DNA of 63,960 nt, the filler included, from Guillardia theta CCMP2712 (lineage: Eukaryota > Protista > Cryptophyta): the NCBI RefSeq assembly GCF_000315625.1. It is 5 parts of 5 records of this genome, joined end to end, with 100 filler letters (N's around TTAATTAATTAA, not from the genome) between each part and the next. Parts side by side here need not be neighbours in the genome. Positions count along the whole stretch, not along the records: positions 1 to 28,657 come from NW_005434538.1; 4 more parts are not named here. One strand, written 5' to 3'. Under the pieces are notes generated by a model. It worked only from the letters and a program-made list of their open reading frames with translations, did not search any database and was not told where the DNA came from. The stretch's first letter is position 1; every line of letters starts with the position of its first letter. This document shows, piece by piece, positions 11,660-24,774 of the stretch. The position numbers and the translations under genes were made by a program.

Positions 11660-14303
11660 AGCTCTCCTTGATATCAATCCGAACCTCTTGGGTCTCGTGC
11701 GCTGCAGTGAAAAGGCTCAGGGGACAGAAGGAGAAGCGCAAGGCAGGGCGAGGACCTTGATCCGCCTTCTCCTCCTCCTGCTGCTGCTGCAGGAGAGGCT
11801 TCATCTCGACGTTGTCCTTGCTCCTTCCCCGCCGTCTCACAGTCTGGCTGTTTGCATCGCCAATCATCACTCTATGTTCCGTCCTTGGACCCAAAGGTGC
11901 TCTCAGCAGCGGGAGAGGTTGCAGGCGAAGAGCGGCAGGTTCTTACCTCTCCTCCTCCTCCGCCAGCCTCGTGTACCTCTGCGGCCTCCTCGTTTCCGCG
12001 CTCGGCTTCCGTTGTCGGCTGCTCCTCGATTTGTCCGGAGAGCATCCGCAGGACTGTCAGGGGAAGCGGCGTGAGGCGCTGAGGGAGGAAGAGGGGGGGA
12101 GAAGGTTGGAGATGACAGGGGAGGGAGGGAGGGAAGGAGGAAGGGAGGGAGGGAAGGAGGAAGGGAGGGAGGAGGAGGGAGAGGGAGGAAGAGCGGAGCG
12201 GGGAGGGTTCGAACCAGGGCGATCAGGGCGACGCTGGCAGGGAGGATGATGATTCCCCCGAGGGCCATCATAACGATGCTTTCAAGGAAGTTCTGATGAG
12301 GAGTCGGGCCGAAGGTGAACTGGCCGTTGGAGAGCTTTGAAGCTGAGAGGAATGGATCCTCCTTGTACCGCAGGGCAAACTACAACTCGCTCATCATCCT
12401 CCTCCTCTCAGGGCGCTGACTGACCTGGACCACGAAGGGGGAGGAGAAGTTGCCGCGGGTGGGGCTGAGATCTTGGGACGAGAGCCTCCGGTTGGAGTTG
12501 GGCAGCCGCCGGGAGAATTCCTTGGCATACACTGAGTTCTCCTATCAGTGACATGGGAGGATCGATTCCTGCCTCACCCAAGGGCCCATCCTTGCTACAT
12601 CCGCATTGCGACACTTGCCTCGCCGGCAGCACCCACTGCTGCTCGTTCCCAGCTTCCTTGAGCTCGAGCGTCAGGCAGACGCTCGTCAGTCTCCGCAGGC
12701 TCCAGCAGCTCCCTCGCTCCCAGACGCCATGACTCTGCACCCGACACATCTTCTGGTTGACCCCGACAGTGATCCACTCCCACAGCTGCAAGCTCGTCAG
12801 CTGGACGCAGGAGGGAGGACGGAAAGGAAAGAAGGGAGGGAAGGAGGGAGGAGGGAGGGATCAGAGGGATCGGAGAGAAGGGAGGAGGGAGCGGCACGGA
12901 GGAGGGAGGGAGGAGGAAGGCAACAGACAGAAAGGAGGGAGGCAGCAGGGAGGCAGCAGGGAGGCAGCAGGGAGAGACCTTGAGGTCGTCGATACTGAAG
13001 GAGCTCGCCGACGATCCCTCTACCTGCACGTTGAAGCTGACAGATAGAGGAGGAGGAAGGGCGCGTTGAGCAGCTCGGACTACCTCACCGTCAGCACACA
13101 CAAGGAAGGAGGAGGAGGAGGAGGAGGAGGAGGAGGAGGAGGAGGAGGAGGAGGAGGAGGAGGAGGAGGAGGAGGAGGAGGAGGAGGAGGAGGAGGAGGG
13201 AGGGACCTTGATGGACTTGCTGACGTCTTGAGGGATGGAAAATTGGTGGGAAAACCTGGAGGAGGAGTGAGCAGCAAGAAAGCGACGCAGAGAGTTATGA
13301 CCTAACTTGTGTGAAGTTTATGATATCGCCCTGTAAAGAGATGTCAAGCTTGCGCAGTTGAGATGAGGAAAAGGAAGAAGAAGAGGAAGAGGAAGAGGAA
13401 GAGGAAGAAGAAGAGGAAGAGAAAGAAGAGGAGGAGGAGGAGGAGGAGGAGGAGGTGGTGGTGGTGGAGGAGGAGCGGAAGAAGGAGGAGGCGGGAAAGT
13501 CAACCAGAGCGAATTCCGTCTGCCACTTCTTGGGGAATTCGGAAGTGTTGTCCTGAAACCAGAACGTGTGAACATGTTTCAAACTGCTTCACATGCAGCA
13601 CAATCTGAACAAGCAAGCAAAGACAAAGAGCCATCTCCTCTTCCTACCATTGACATACTGCTGCTAGTGCCGTTGATCGTGATGCTCGCAGTGCTGCAAC
13701 CTGTTACTTTCTTCTCCCGTCCAGTCTACTTTTTCACCTCTTCTTCATGACAGGCTCGAATTTTTTCGTCCAATTTCCCAGGGCCCAGTTGAATTCCTTC
13801 ACAACGAAAGAGCCTGTACAGAGACAACACAATCATCACCACAAACTCTTCTCCCCTCCTGCTTTCCTCCTCTCTTCCTACCCTATCGCCGCCGAAACCA
13901 CCATGGTCTCCTGCTCTTGCCCTGCCCAATCTACTGCTCCCCTCCCCTCTGATCCCGAACCGCTTCCGCCACTAACACATTTCCTCTTCCTCCTCCTCTC
14001 ACGTGTATCAATGTAGGACTGGAACCACACGTGGACGCCATACACAACCATGCTGAACCCCTGGGACGATCATCAGCATCATCGGTAGATCGGAGGAGTG
14101 GGCGACTAACGATCATCAGCATAAAGATGAGACACGCGGTGTTGGGCGACTCCTCGTCGTAGGGATGCGACCGGTAGAGTCCCTGCAGAGGGTGAGGGCA
14201 GGACAGCATAGAGGGCATTGAAAACCTTCCAGTCGTCCACAGCGCGGAGGGCTGAGAGCCTCTTGTTTCGTGCATTCACGCTCGCAGCGGCAGCGGCGGC
14301 CAT
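11660..14303 (-). CDS. Hypothetical multi-exon membrane protein, two predicted TM segments around a large loop
   Basis: Spliced reading MAAAAAASV...WK-GLYRSHPYDEESPNTACLIFMLMI-GFSMVVYGVHVWFQ (TM1), later FLESIVMMALGGIIILPASVALIALV (TM2) and a charged tail. 3' end approximate. Confidence 0.6.
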
Positions 14304-14820
14304 GGGAGCTCAGCAGATTGAAGGAAGAAAGGAAGGAGAGGGGAGAGGAAGGGGAGAGGAGGAAGCGAAGCGTCGAGGCAAGGGAGATGGGAGAAGTTGA
14401 CAATGGAGGGCCAGTCAAGTCAGACTGCTCTCTTCCTCTCTCAACCTCGTCCTCCGATGCTCCTCCTACCCTCCTCTTGTCGTCGTTGTCGTCTCTCCTC
14501 CTCCTCCTGCTCTTCTCCCACTCCTCTGCTCTCCTCCTCTACCTCGCTCCCTCCCTCCTCCTCTCAAGCTCCGCCATCGCGTTCGGCTGAAGCACACAAT
14601 TGGAATGGCAGTAAAGCCAGCAATAAAATATTGTGTTTTCCAATAAAACTCCCATAAAAGTGCCAAGGTTGCAAGGTTCAAACTTTTTTACACGCCAGTG
14701 GGCCAGCCAGTAGTCAGGGAGGGGGGGGAGGGAGGAGGCGCTAGGAGGATGGACAGGTCAGATGATGGAGGGCGAGGAAGACGACGCGAGGATGTTGAGA
14801 CTAGCAAGTGAAGGACGAGC

Positions 14821-17800
14821 ATGACGATGTCGACATCGCCGCCTCTCTCCCTCTTCCTCTTCCCCTTCCTCCTCGCTGCCTCCGTCCTCGCAGATGTTAC
14901 GATCGTCCACCCTGCAAACTTGACGCTCTACCGGAGAGGAGAAGCTGTAAACCTGACGGTGATGGCTTGCCTGCCCGAGCACGAGGACGCGGTTGTCGAG
15001 GTTTACTTCGACCACCAGCGCATCGGGGAGTTTGGAACCAGTGCGGCAGTGTTTCAGCAAGAGGAAGAACGGCTGCAGCAGGAGCTGCGGGTGTCAAGGG
15101 TTGCCTCCTGCCTCTCCTCGCTTCCTCGCGGACTCGTTCTCAGCATCGGATCTGTGGAGGACGGGCAGCACACGATCGCGGCTCGTCTCAAGGGGAGGGA
15201 AGGAGGAGGGTCGTCGGAGGTGAAGATACATGTAGGCGAGGGTTCGCTCAGCATCCTAGTGGGCGATGAGCGGGAGGAGGAGCAGAACGTTGTGCGACTG
15301 AACGCATGGGGTTGTCTCTTGATAGGAGCTAACCTGAGAGGTCCTTGTTCCCTGTCTTCCCCGCGCGTTCCTGCCTACCACTGATGTTGCTGGTTCTGTT
15401 GCTGCTCCCTCCCTCATCCTTGTTTTCTGTCCGTTCTCCCACTCTTTCATTTCATGAGCCTTTTCTCTGTTCCTCCGGTTTTCTTCCTTCCTTTTCCCCT
15501 GTCTTCTTCTTGCATCATTTACACCACCGCCACCACCACCGCCACCACCACCACTGCCCCCACTTCTTCCTCTTCTCCTCCTCCTCCTCCTCTTCCACCA
15601 CCACCACCACTACCACCACCACCACATCCTCCTCCTTTTCGGCCTGCCGCGGTCTCCCACTTTCTATGCTCCTGATCCTGAGTACCGTCAGGTTACCCAA
15701 CAATCTCCCCCAGGAATCCTTTGCACGTGTACGTGAACGGCAGACACTACAGGACAGGTTGAGCTCTCCTTGTATTCTTCTCTCTTGTCTCTCAAAGTCT
15801 TCAGATGACGCATTCATCGTCATACCTGTACAACCAGGAACCTGTCATGTGCGAGAACAAGACGGCCATCAACCTTCCTCCTTGACATGCTCGTAGATTC
15901 GGGTCGCCATCACCGATGCCTTCGGCGACATCGTCATGGAGAGCAACGCCAACGTCACTGTCCTCCCTCCCCCACCTGCTCGTCGCCTGCAGGGCGATCT
16001 TGACTCGAGCACTTGCAACGGTCGCTGACCCTGCGCGAGCAGGTCAAACTTCTGTCCTCGACCTGCTGGCTGCCGCTAGCGATGGGGACGTTCTCATCTC
16101 CTGCCTTCACCCCACCAGGGGACGGCCTGAGGTAGCCGCTGCCTGCTGCTCCATCGCTCTGACCTGCCTCACAAGGACGCGATCGCCGTCAGGTCCCACT
16201 GGCTGGCTCTTGCCCGTCATCCAATGAGGGTGGGCTGAGGATGAGCTGGGGATCTGCAGCTGACCCCGCAAACTTGTGCAGGTTGAGTGGGTTTTTGCGG
16301 TAGACAGCGACGATGTTGAAGCTCTTGAGGTCTGTAGGGAGGAGGGGAAGGAGGGGAGGGAGGGAGGAAGCAGAAAAACGAGAGAGAGGGTGGAAAGTGG
16401 AGGGAAGGGGAGACAGCTCGGGGAACTGAGGAGAGGAACAGGGTCTGGTGTCAACGTTCAGGGACGAGGAGAACACGCGTGTAGTCTGCGTTCCCATCGA
16501 CTGCTTGTTCTACCCCGAAGGTTTCGTTCGATCGTCTTGCTCGACTCTAGCTGAGCTGGCAGCAGGGACATGTGTTGCTGGATGGAACTTTGCAGCCCTA
16601 GCTGGTGAGCCGGGAGGGCTAGTGAGTTCGTCCTCATGACTAGCTGGACCCCAGCTAGGGGGCACGTCCTGCTTTCCGTTGCCGACGACTTCTTTCCTCC
16701 TGCTGGGTGAGGAGCGAACTTTGACTTTGACAACTTTGACAGTTGCAGGTGGGATGAGCTCGTCATGTCTAGGACTCCTCTCTTCGACCCTGCCGTGCTG
16801 ATGGTCGGGCTTGTATCCCCAGCTACCTCCCCACCTGAGCTCCAGTGCTGTCGACCGCGTCTCATCCTCTGCACCTCCTGCTCCAACGCCGCTCCCCCTC
16901 CTCCTTACCCACCCCTCCTCCTTCCTCCTCTTCTCCTGCTCCTCTCCCTCTCCTCTCCCTCTCCTCTCCCTCTCTTCTCCCTCTCATCCTTGTTTCACGT
17001 TTCTCTCAAACAGGTCTCCGATGGGATCTCCTCTTGCCGGCATGCTGTCCCTGTCCTCCGTCCCTCCTCTGCCTCCTGCTCTGGCGACGCTTGTATGCTC
17101 GAGCAGCTGCCGTCTCCTCCTCCCGCATCATCCTACGGTGTACTTCAAAGCCACCCCATCTTGAACAGAGCTCGCTACCTGCAGGTGCTTGGAGGGAGAT
17201 CGAGGGGAGGGCAGGGGAGGGGAGGGAAGGGGAGAGGAGAGGGAAAGCAGGGCAGGGGAGGGAGGATCTCGACAGGATTCCTTCAATTAAAGTTTTTGAT
17301 CTCTCCTGCTGCAGACTGGTTTTGTTCTCTTCCCTGAATTCAAGAGTGTGTATTGTGATGACGACTTCACTCTGTCGGCGAAATTGGATGGGGTACCTTC
17401 TCCTTCCTTCTCCTCTCTCTCTCCCTCCCTCCCTCCCTCCCTCCCTCCCTCCCTCCCTCCCTCCTACTTCCTCTCTCCTCATCCTCCTTCCTGCTGACTC
17501 GCTGCTCCTCTGACGAGCTGGCACAGGTTGAGGTGGACGGGCTGGACATTGCTTTCGAGCATCGACATTCAGTGCATGGTAGGCAGGAGGCAAGACGGGA
17601 GATGCACAACACAACCATCAGGAACAACCTCCCCGAGCGCTACCATCACGGTGAGATGACTTTGTTGCTCTTTCTCGCGGTGTTGCATGCTAGAATCAAG
17701 CTCGTTGTCTTGTTGTCCGCTGGTTGTCCTCGCTTTCCCCGATCACTGTCTTGCTCTTGTTTTCTTTGTCTCTCAGTTCACTCCTCTTCTCCTGCATTTC

Positions 17801-18960
17801 TTTCTTGTCTCCTCACGCTGATAGTCAGGCAAGAAGTTGTTTGAGATTCGTTCGATCGGACGGCAGGCGTTGTCTCGTCATATTTTCTCCTTCCCCTCCC
17901 ATCACAAAGACAACAGGAACAAACCTCCTCCTCCTCCTCCTCCTCCCCATCTTTCCTCTCCTATCCAGTCTCTCCTCCGTTTCTTGCTACCTTCACTTCC
18001 TCTTCAGTCTGGTCAGGCAGCATCTCAACAGACAACGCTCCTCTCCCTCCTCCTTTTGCTCGATTTCTGTATCGTCTCTCCACAAGCATCTCGAGCTCCT
18101 CAAACTGGGATCCCCTTCGTCCAAGACTTGTTCCAGCTCGACCTGTCCTCAGCTTTCTGCCAACACCCTATGACCAGCAAGTTCAACGGCGAGGAAGATG
18201 GAGGGAGAGCAGGAGGAGCAGGAGGAGCAGGAGGAGCAGGAGGGGCAGGAGGAAGAAACTGGTGCGATCTGAGGGTAGAGATCGTCATGGCCTGCAAGAC
18301 GATGGAGCTGGTGGATGAGTCACAGGGGGAGGGGGTGAGAAATCCGCAAACTCTGCAGCTGGGAGAGGGGGAGCTAAGAAACTCGCTCCTCGACGCCGCG
18401 GAGGGTCTGTTTGTGATGTGGGTGAGGGAGGAGGAGGGAGTGAACGCTTCCTATTGGTTGAAGTCTGCGGTTGACTTTGCTGCTGAAGGTACCGATGATA
18501 AGTTCCGCTTCTCCCCTATCCCTGTCCCCCCACTCCTCTCTCCTCCCCTGACTCCCGTCCCCTGCCCTCCCTTCCTTTCTTCACTCGCCCTCCTCTTCCC
18601 TCTGCTATCCTTGTCCTTCTGTTTCTTCATCTGCTCCTTCTTCCCCCACTGCTCACGTCACCTCGCTTGGCTAGCCTGACTCTGTTCCTGTCTTGAAGAC
18701 TTTATGAAGATGAAATCTGCTTCAAGTTCTCTGCTGGAGATCTTCAAGTCCTCGAGAGCCATAAGTTGACGAGGTTGACAAGTGAAAGTTGGTTGATGTG
18801 ATTGACAGGATGCGAGGAGAATTTGTTTGGACCGATGCTGAAACACGTTGCCCACATTATCCGATTTAGAGAAGAAAAAGATTCGAGTACGTGCATGATG
18901 ACGAAAAACCAAAAGCCAAAAGGGTGTGATGATGATGATGGTGGTGATGATGGTGATGGC

Positions 18961-19012
<52 letters not shown>

Positions 19013-22000
19013 ATAGCGATAGCAGCAACGATGGAGATGACAATAGCGATGATTACCATGTCTGAGATTTTTTCGATGATTCAACCTGCAGGTAATGTGG
19101 ATGCAGACTTTTTCCGTCGTATCTGTCGATTACTCTCAACATCTTCCACCTGTGAAGTTTCCTCCTCCTCCTCCTCCTCCTCCTCCAGCGACTTCAGTCT
19201 TGTCTGGTCTTCTCCTTTGAGGACCTCAAGAAGCGCTGAGCCCTACTGCACGTGCGGGGGAGGAAGCGCAAGAGAGTCGATAGACCACGAGCTCCTGTGG
19301 TCAACGGAGGAGGAGGCGAGGAGGACGAGGAAGTTCTTGTTCGCTGCCGGAGGCCTTGGGGATCGCCGGGGGGAGGAGGGAGGAGGGAGGAGGGAGGAAG
19401 CGAGGTCAGACGGCAGCATCTTGCTCGTCGACGACCTGCTGCCTCGTAGGGTCTGGTCGGAGATTTTGTTTCCCCGCCATGGCTCCCAGATGCTCTTCGA
19501 TGCCTTTGAGAAGGTTTCCTTCACTGTGAGTGATGTGTTTGCTTCCCATGATTCGTCTCCTCCTCCTCCTTTCCCTCCTCCCTTCTTGGCTTCCACTGAC
19601 CCACTCCCTCTCTCCTCCTCTTCTACTTTGGTTTCTCGTCTCTTCTTTCCCTCCTCCTCTCCTCTTGCCTTGTCCTCTAACATCGTCAACCTGCATTAGA
19701 TTCGTGCTGTTGTTTACAACCTTGCAATGGGCCCCGACGCTTCCTATGCCTGCGTCTTTGTGGACGGGCAAGAGAAGGTTTCACTACTACCACCACCAAC
19801 TCCTCCTCCTCCACCACCACCACCATCACCGCCACCACCACAACCACCTCCCCCTCCTCCTCCTCTCCTCCTCCTCCACCACCACCATCACCATCACCAC
19901 ATCCTCCTTCATCTCCTCCATCTCCTCTCCTCCCCTCCTCCTCCTCCTCCTCCTCCTCCCCCTCGTCTCCCAGCCCCTTAACAATAGCATTAGGGATGCT
20001 CGCACGAGCCCGAGCTCGAGCTCAGCATGGATGATCCTGGTCTCGACCACTCATGGCATGTGATGGAGCTCAGGCTGTACGACAACATGAGCCAAGTCAG
20101 AAACTCCCTTCCTCCTTCTTTTTCCTCCTCCTTCTCTTCCCTGGTTCTCTTGTCGTTCTTTTGTCTTCTTGACTTTTTCTTGTCTTGTTTCTCAACCACC
20201 CCCACCGCCTCTTGCTTCTCCATTCTTCTTTATCTCATCGCATTCGCTAGGCTCTTCATTCCTCCTCTTCATTCTCTGAGTTCCGCACGGGCGTGAAACC
20301 ATGCTCGCAGCCGCTCCTGTCCTTCGTCGCAGAAGCCTTCCTGCAGAAGGAGGAGGAGGAGGAGGAGGAGGAGGAGGAGAAGGGGAGGGGGATGAAGGGC
20401 AAGGGGAAGGAGGAGCATCTACAATGCTTGTCTCACATTGCTGAGGGGCCGTTCCCTCTTGTTGTCAGCAGGGAGGAGGAGGAGGAGGAGTTTGTGTGCG
20501 TTTATGAGACTTCTTGGGCGTCTGTGGAGAGCAGCAGTGCTGTCAGTCTGATCCCTAATTACCGGCGATGGATGATGGTGAGGAGGAGAGGGAAAGGAAA
20601 TAAGGAGAGCAGGAGGGAGGGGAGGAAAGGGCAGGGCAAAGACAGGAGCAAGGAGGGAAAGAAGAGCAGGGCAGGGCAGTGAAGGACAGAGCAGAGCAGA
20701 GCAGAGCAGAGCAGAGCAGAGCAGAGCAGAGCAGAGCAGAGCAGAGCAGAGCAGAGCAGAGCAGAGCAGTTGGAGGAGGGAGCAGAGCAGTTGGAGGAGG
20801 GGAGGTCTGAACGAGTGACGATGTTCGAACAGGAAGGGAGCATGGCAAGTGGGCTGGTCCCGGCAATGCCAGCAGGGCTGGGATACCTTCTCCTTCCTCC
20901 CTCAACCGTCTTCTACCCAGGGCTGGTGCTGACCACCAGCTCCAACTCAAGCAGGCGCCTCCTCTACCAGCTGCAAGGAGCTTGCGACGACCGCAACCTC
21001 CGACCTCCCTTCTCCCGCGAGCAGCTGGGAGAGGAGAGGAGGGGAAGGAGGAGCAACCAGACCCTGGGGACCCTCCTCGTCCTGTCGCAGATCTGGGGTG
21101 AAAACTTCTACCACTGGATGGTAGAATGTCTCCCGCGCGTCTCCTTCCTCCCCTCCCACCTGCTTCTCTCGCCTGACCTCGTCATCGCCGTCCCAGCTCT
21201 CAACCCCTTCGTTGTGGCAACTTTGCGGCTACTGGGGGTGGAAAAGGAGAAGCTCCTGCCTTTCGCTCACCAGCACGTGTACCATGCCCGCGCCGTCCTC
21301 CTTCCCAGCTCGGGAGTCTGCGGGATCGGACCTCCTCCTCGCATCCTCCGCCGCACGTCAAGAGCTCTGCGTAAGGGACTGGACGCCATCGAAGCAGCGA
21401 GAGAAGCAGGAGAAGCAGCAGGAGCAGGAAGGGCCTGTGTGCTTGTGCAACGATCGGCGAATAACGGGAGAAACATTCTCAATCATGATGAAGTTCTCCT
21501 TGCTTTGAAAAGGACGTTCAAAGATGTACCCTCCTCCTCCTCCTCCTCGACCACCACCACTATCACCACCACATCCTTCTCCATCTCCTCCTTCGCCTCT
21601 TCCTCCTCCATTCTTCCTTCTTCTCCTCTTCCTCTATCTTCTTCATGGTTCGAGATTGTTTTCTCTCCCTCAAATTTGCCCACATCTCTCTTCTCTCCTC
21701 TCTAAACTTCCTCCTCTCCCCTTCTCTCACCTTCTCTCCTCCTCTCCGTGATAACTTGTTGCAGGTCTGCGACTGGAGGGTCATGAAGCCACTCTGGTAC
21801 CTCCTCCTCCTCCTCCTCCCATCATCCTCCTCCTCCCCCCCCTCCATGACGCCTATCTTTTTCTGCTCACCTATAGATCAGGGGAGGAGACAAGGAGCTG
21901 GGCATGCTTGCAGCAGCTTCTCTCTTCCGCCATGCGTCGCTCATCGTCGCTCCTCACGGCGGCTCACTCGCCAACCTCATGGTCAGGCTCCTCCTCCCCA

Positions 22001-22330
22001 CAGTTCCTTATCACATCCCTTTCTCTCTTCCACCTCCTCCTGCTCCTGCTCCTCTTTTCCCCTCCTTCCCTCCCTCTCTTCCTCCTTCCCTGCTTTCTGC
22101 TCATCTCTACTGTTTTTGGGCTTGTAACTTCCCTCACAGTTTGCAAGCCCACACGCTTGTCTTGTTGAGATCCTGCCAGCGTTCCGCCCTAACTTGTGCT
22201 ACGAGCGGTCTGAATGTTTCAACCTCGATCTTCTACTTGCTTGCCCTCCCCGTGCTTCTCGTATTATCTTCCTCCTCTTCCGCCGCAACAACCAACACTT
22301 CCCCTCTACCTTCTCTTCTTCTCCTCTTCC

Positions 22331-22368
<38 letters not shown>

Positions 22369-22566
22369 CCCTCCTGCTCCTGCTCCTGCTCTTCTATTTT
22401 CCTCGTCCTCCTGCTCGTCTCCTAACGCTCCCTCAGCCTTTCTCGGGCCCTGGGCTTGCGCTACTTCGGGCTGGTGGTTCCCGGCAGCTTCTCGCAGCTT
22501 CCGATGCAAGTCGACCTCCTCCTCCTTCTCCGTACAGTCGCGTCAGCCCTGGAAGGAGCGAGGTAA
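14821..22566 (+). CDS. Large secreted multi-domain protein ending in a glycosyltransferase family 61 (DUF563) domain; may be more than one gene
   Basis: Signal peptide [16 protein letters not shown]. Exon ~20833-21525 has [15 protein letters not shown] and RNILNHDEV. Later [20 protein letters not shown] and ALGLRYFGL. Stop at 22564-22566. Confidence 0.75.
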
Positions 22567-22923
22567 GGATGAGCAGAAACGACACATGGAAAGAATGAGG
22601 AGTAGCAGTGTGAGGAAGAGAGTTGTGTCGGTGCAGAATGGAGAGCTGGGGGGAGGGCGTGAGCTAGTGCGATCAAGAACATGAGGAGGAGGAGGAGTAC
22701 GGGGAGGACAGGAATGAAGAGTTCTTAACAGTTTCCAATCGACAAGGTGATTGGAAGCTCGTCATTTGATGTTGGAATAGAAAGGCAGCACAGTTACGTA
22801 ACCACAGAAACAGCAACATTGTATTATCACATACCAACAACAACTCTATTTTCCTCCTGCTCCTCCTCCTTTATCTCCTGCTCCATCTCCTCTTGTTATC
22901 ATCGACGTCCCTTTTTTTCCTCC

Positions 22924-24774
22924 TTACATGTACTTGGAATTCGACCCGAGGGTCCCGATCTTATTCTCAACATCCTCATCAGTTCCAGTGAAGATTTTCT
23001 TATCATCGCGGGGGAAGGAGTAGAAGTGGAAATCCGTCACGTGATCAGCAAGAGTCCTATCCCTTGTTGCCCCCACGAGTTGCCGCTCCCCCTCCTCCTG
23101 CCCCACCACTCTGTCCCGCAGCCCGTCTCTCCTGAGCTCCTTCCAGTACTTCCCGTTCACGATCCGCTGGTTCTCCTCCGACTCAGGCTCCAGCGCTCCC
23201 AAGTGATCCTCTACCATGCTTGCCTCCTCCTGCTTCGCCTTGGGCACAGGAACCTCCTCGTCCTCCCCTCCGATCTGATCATCTCCCAGTTCCTTGGTCG
23301 GGTAGTAGTCCTGGTAGAACTCCGTACCTGCCTTCTCCTGCGCCTCCTTCACCTCCTCTGCAGTGATCCTCCTCCCCTTCCCTTCGGGGTGGATCGGATG
23401 TCCGACCATGTTCGCCTCCACCTGGTGGTACCAGGGCCCGTACATGATCTTCTGGTTGGCGATGGAGTTGGGGGCAAGGTGGCCAAAGTGATCGACGCGG
23501 GGAGCGCTGGACGTAAGAAGGTCGTGCATCTCAGCATCGTCAGAGCTGACGTAGTCATCCAACGAGTTCATCAGTTGAGCATCCTCCAACCCCTCCTCCT
23601 CTCCCGTCCCCGTCGACTTGACCTCACCAGACTCGTCCTCCTTCTCCTCATCCTTGGCATAGCGGTTGTGTCTACCGGCCATGTACGAGTCATCCCCTTG
23701 GTAAACGAACTTGCCATGGTTGCAAGCTCCGGGAAAAGAGCAAGGTCCTCCCTTGTACTGGAGCCCAGCCGTCCACGTCTCCTCCCCATCCTTCGCCTGG
23801 CTGTCAAAGTTGTAGTCCTTCAAAGACTTCTGATGCCCTCGGACCACAGTCGAGTGATCACGAGACCCGTCGGAGAGGAAGCGGTTTAGAGCCTCGTCGA
23901 AGCGGATCCTTTCCTGGGACTCGCCTTTCCCGCTCCTCGACTTGGCCTTCACCAGTCTCATCGACTGCGTCTTCGGTGCCGCTCGCTCCTCCTCTTCGCG
24001 CGGGTCCTCGTTGTGGTGCCAGGAGTATCGCATCACGCCCGGGAAGTCGCTGGTGGGGATGAAGCTGATGTCAGTTCCCATCCCTTCCTGCCACGGCAGC
24101 CCTCGCATTCCCTCCAGTCCTGAGCTGCTTCTGCCCGCGGCCTCCTGCTCCTCGGAGAGCTCGTTGTTGTGCCAGGAGCCCTTCATGACCTCCGGGTAGT
24201 CGCTGGTGGGGACGAAGCTGATGTCAGTCCCCATGAGAGGGTGCCAGGGCAGACCCGTCGCCTCTCTCGCCTCTGCCTCCGACACCCGGGCAGAGGCAGC
24301 AGACGTGCTGGTGCTCGAGGCCTCCTTGGCAGAGGAGATGGCTCGCTGCACCTCGTTTCTCTCCTTCTCGACTTCCTTCTCGAGCGACTTGAGCCTCGCC
24401 TGCGTCTCCGCCAGCTTCCTGTCCTTGTTCTCCATCCTCTTCACCTCTGAGACTTGTCCAGGGATAGAGGCGAGAGCCGAGGTACCATCAGCGCGATACA
24501 TGGGCATGTTCGACCTGCATGCGGATCAGAGCACGACGATCACGAAGAGGCTCTGCTACATGACGGGAAACCACTGCAGGAGCTGCTCGTTGCTGCTCGT
24601 TGAGACCAGGAGCGCACAAGCAAGCAGCATGACTGACCCCACCTATGTAGCCCCGTCAGTTCACCATCCTCCCTCTCTGATTCTTCAATTTACCCCAACA
24701 ACCAGTCCAGTCGAGGTGCGATGACGAGGAGAGAAAGAATACGTCATGCTCGACGCGGAGCCGTAACTTGGCAT
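22924..24774 (-). CDS. Type II membrane protein with coiled coil and duplicated ~32-aa motif, unknown function
   Basis: Spliced start MPSYGSAS...TGLVVG-VGSVMLLACALLVS...QW, joined to a long exon 22924-24514. Confidence 0.75.

Noticed and set aside
22747-23889. 380-aa plus-strand ORF
   Set aside because: Antisense shadow of the minus-strand gene.
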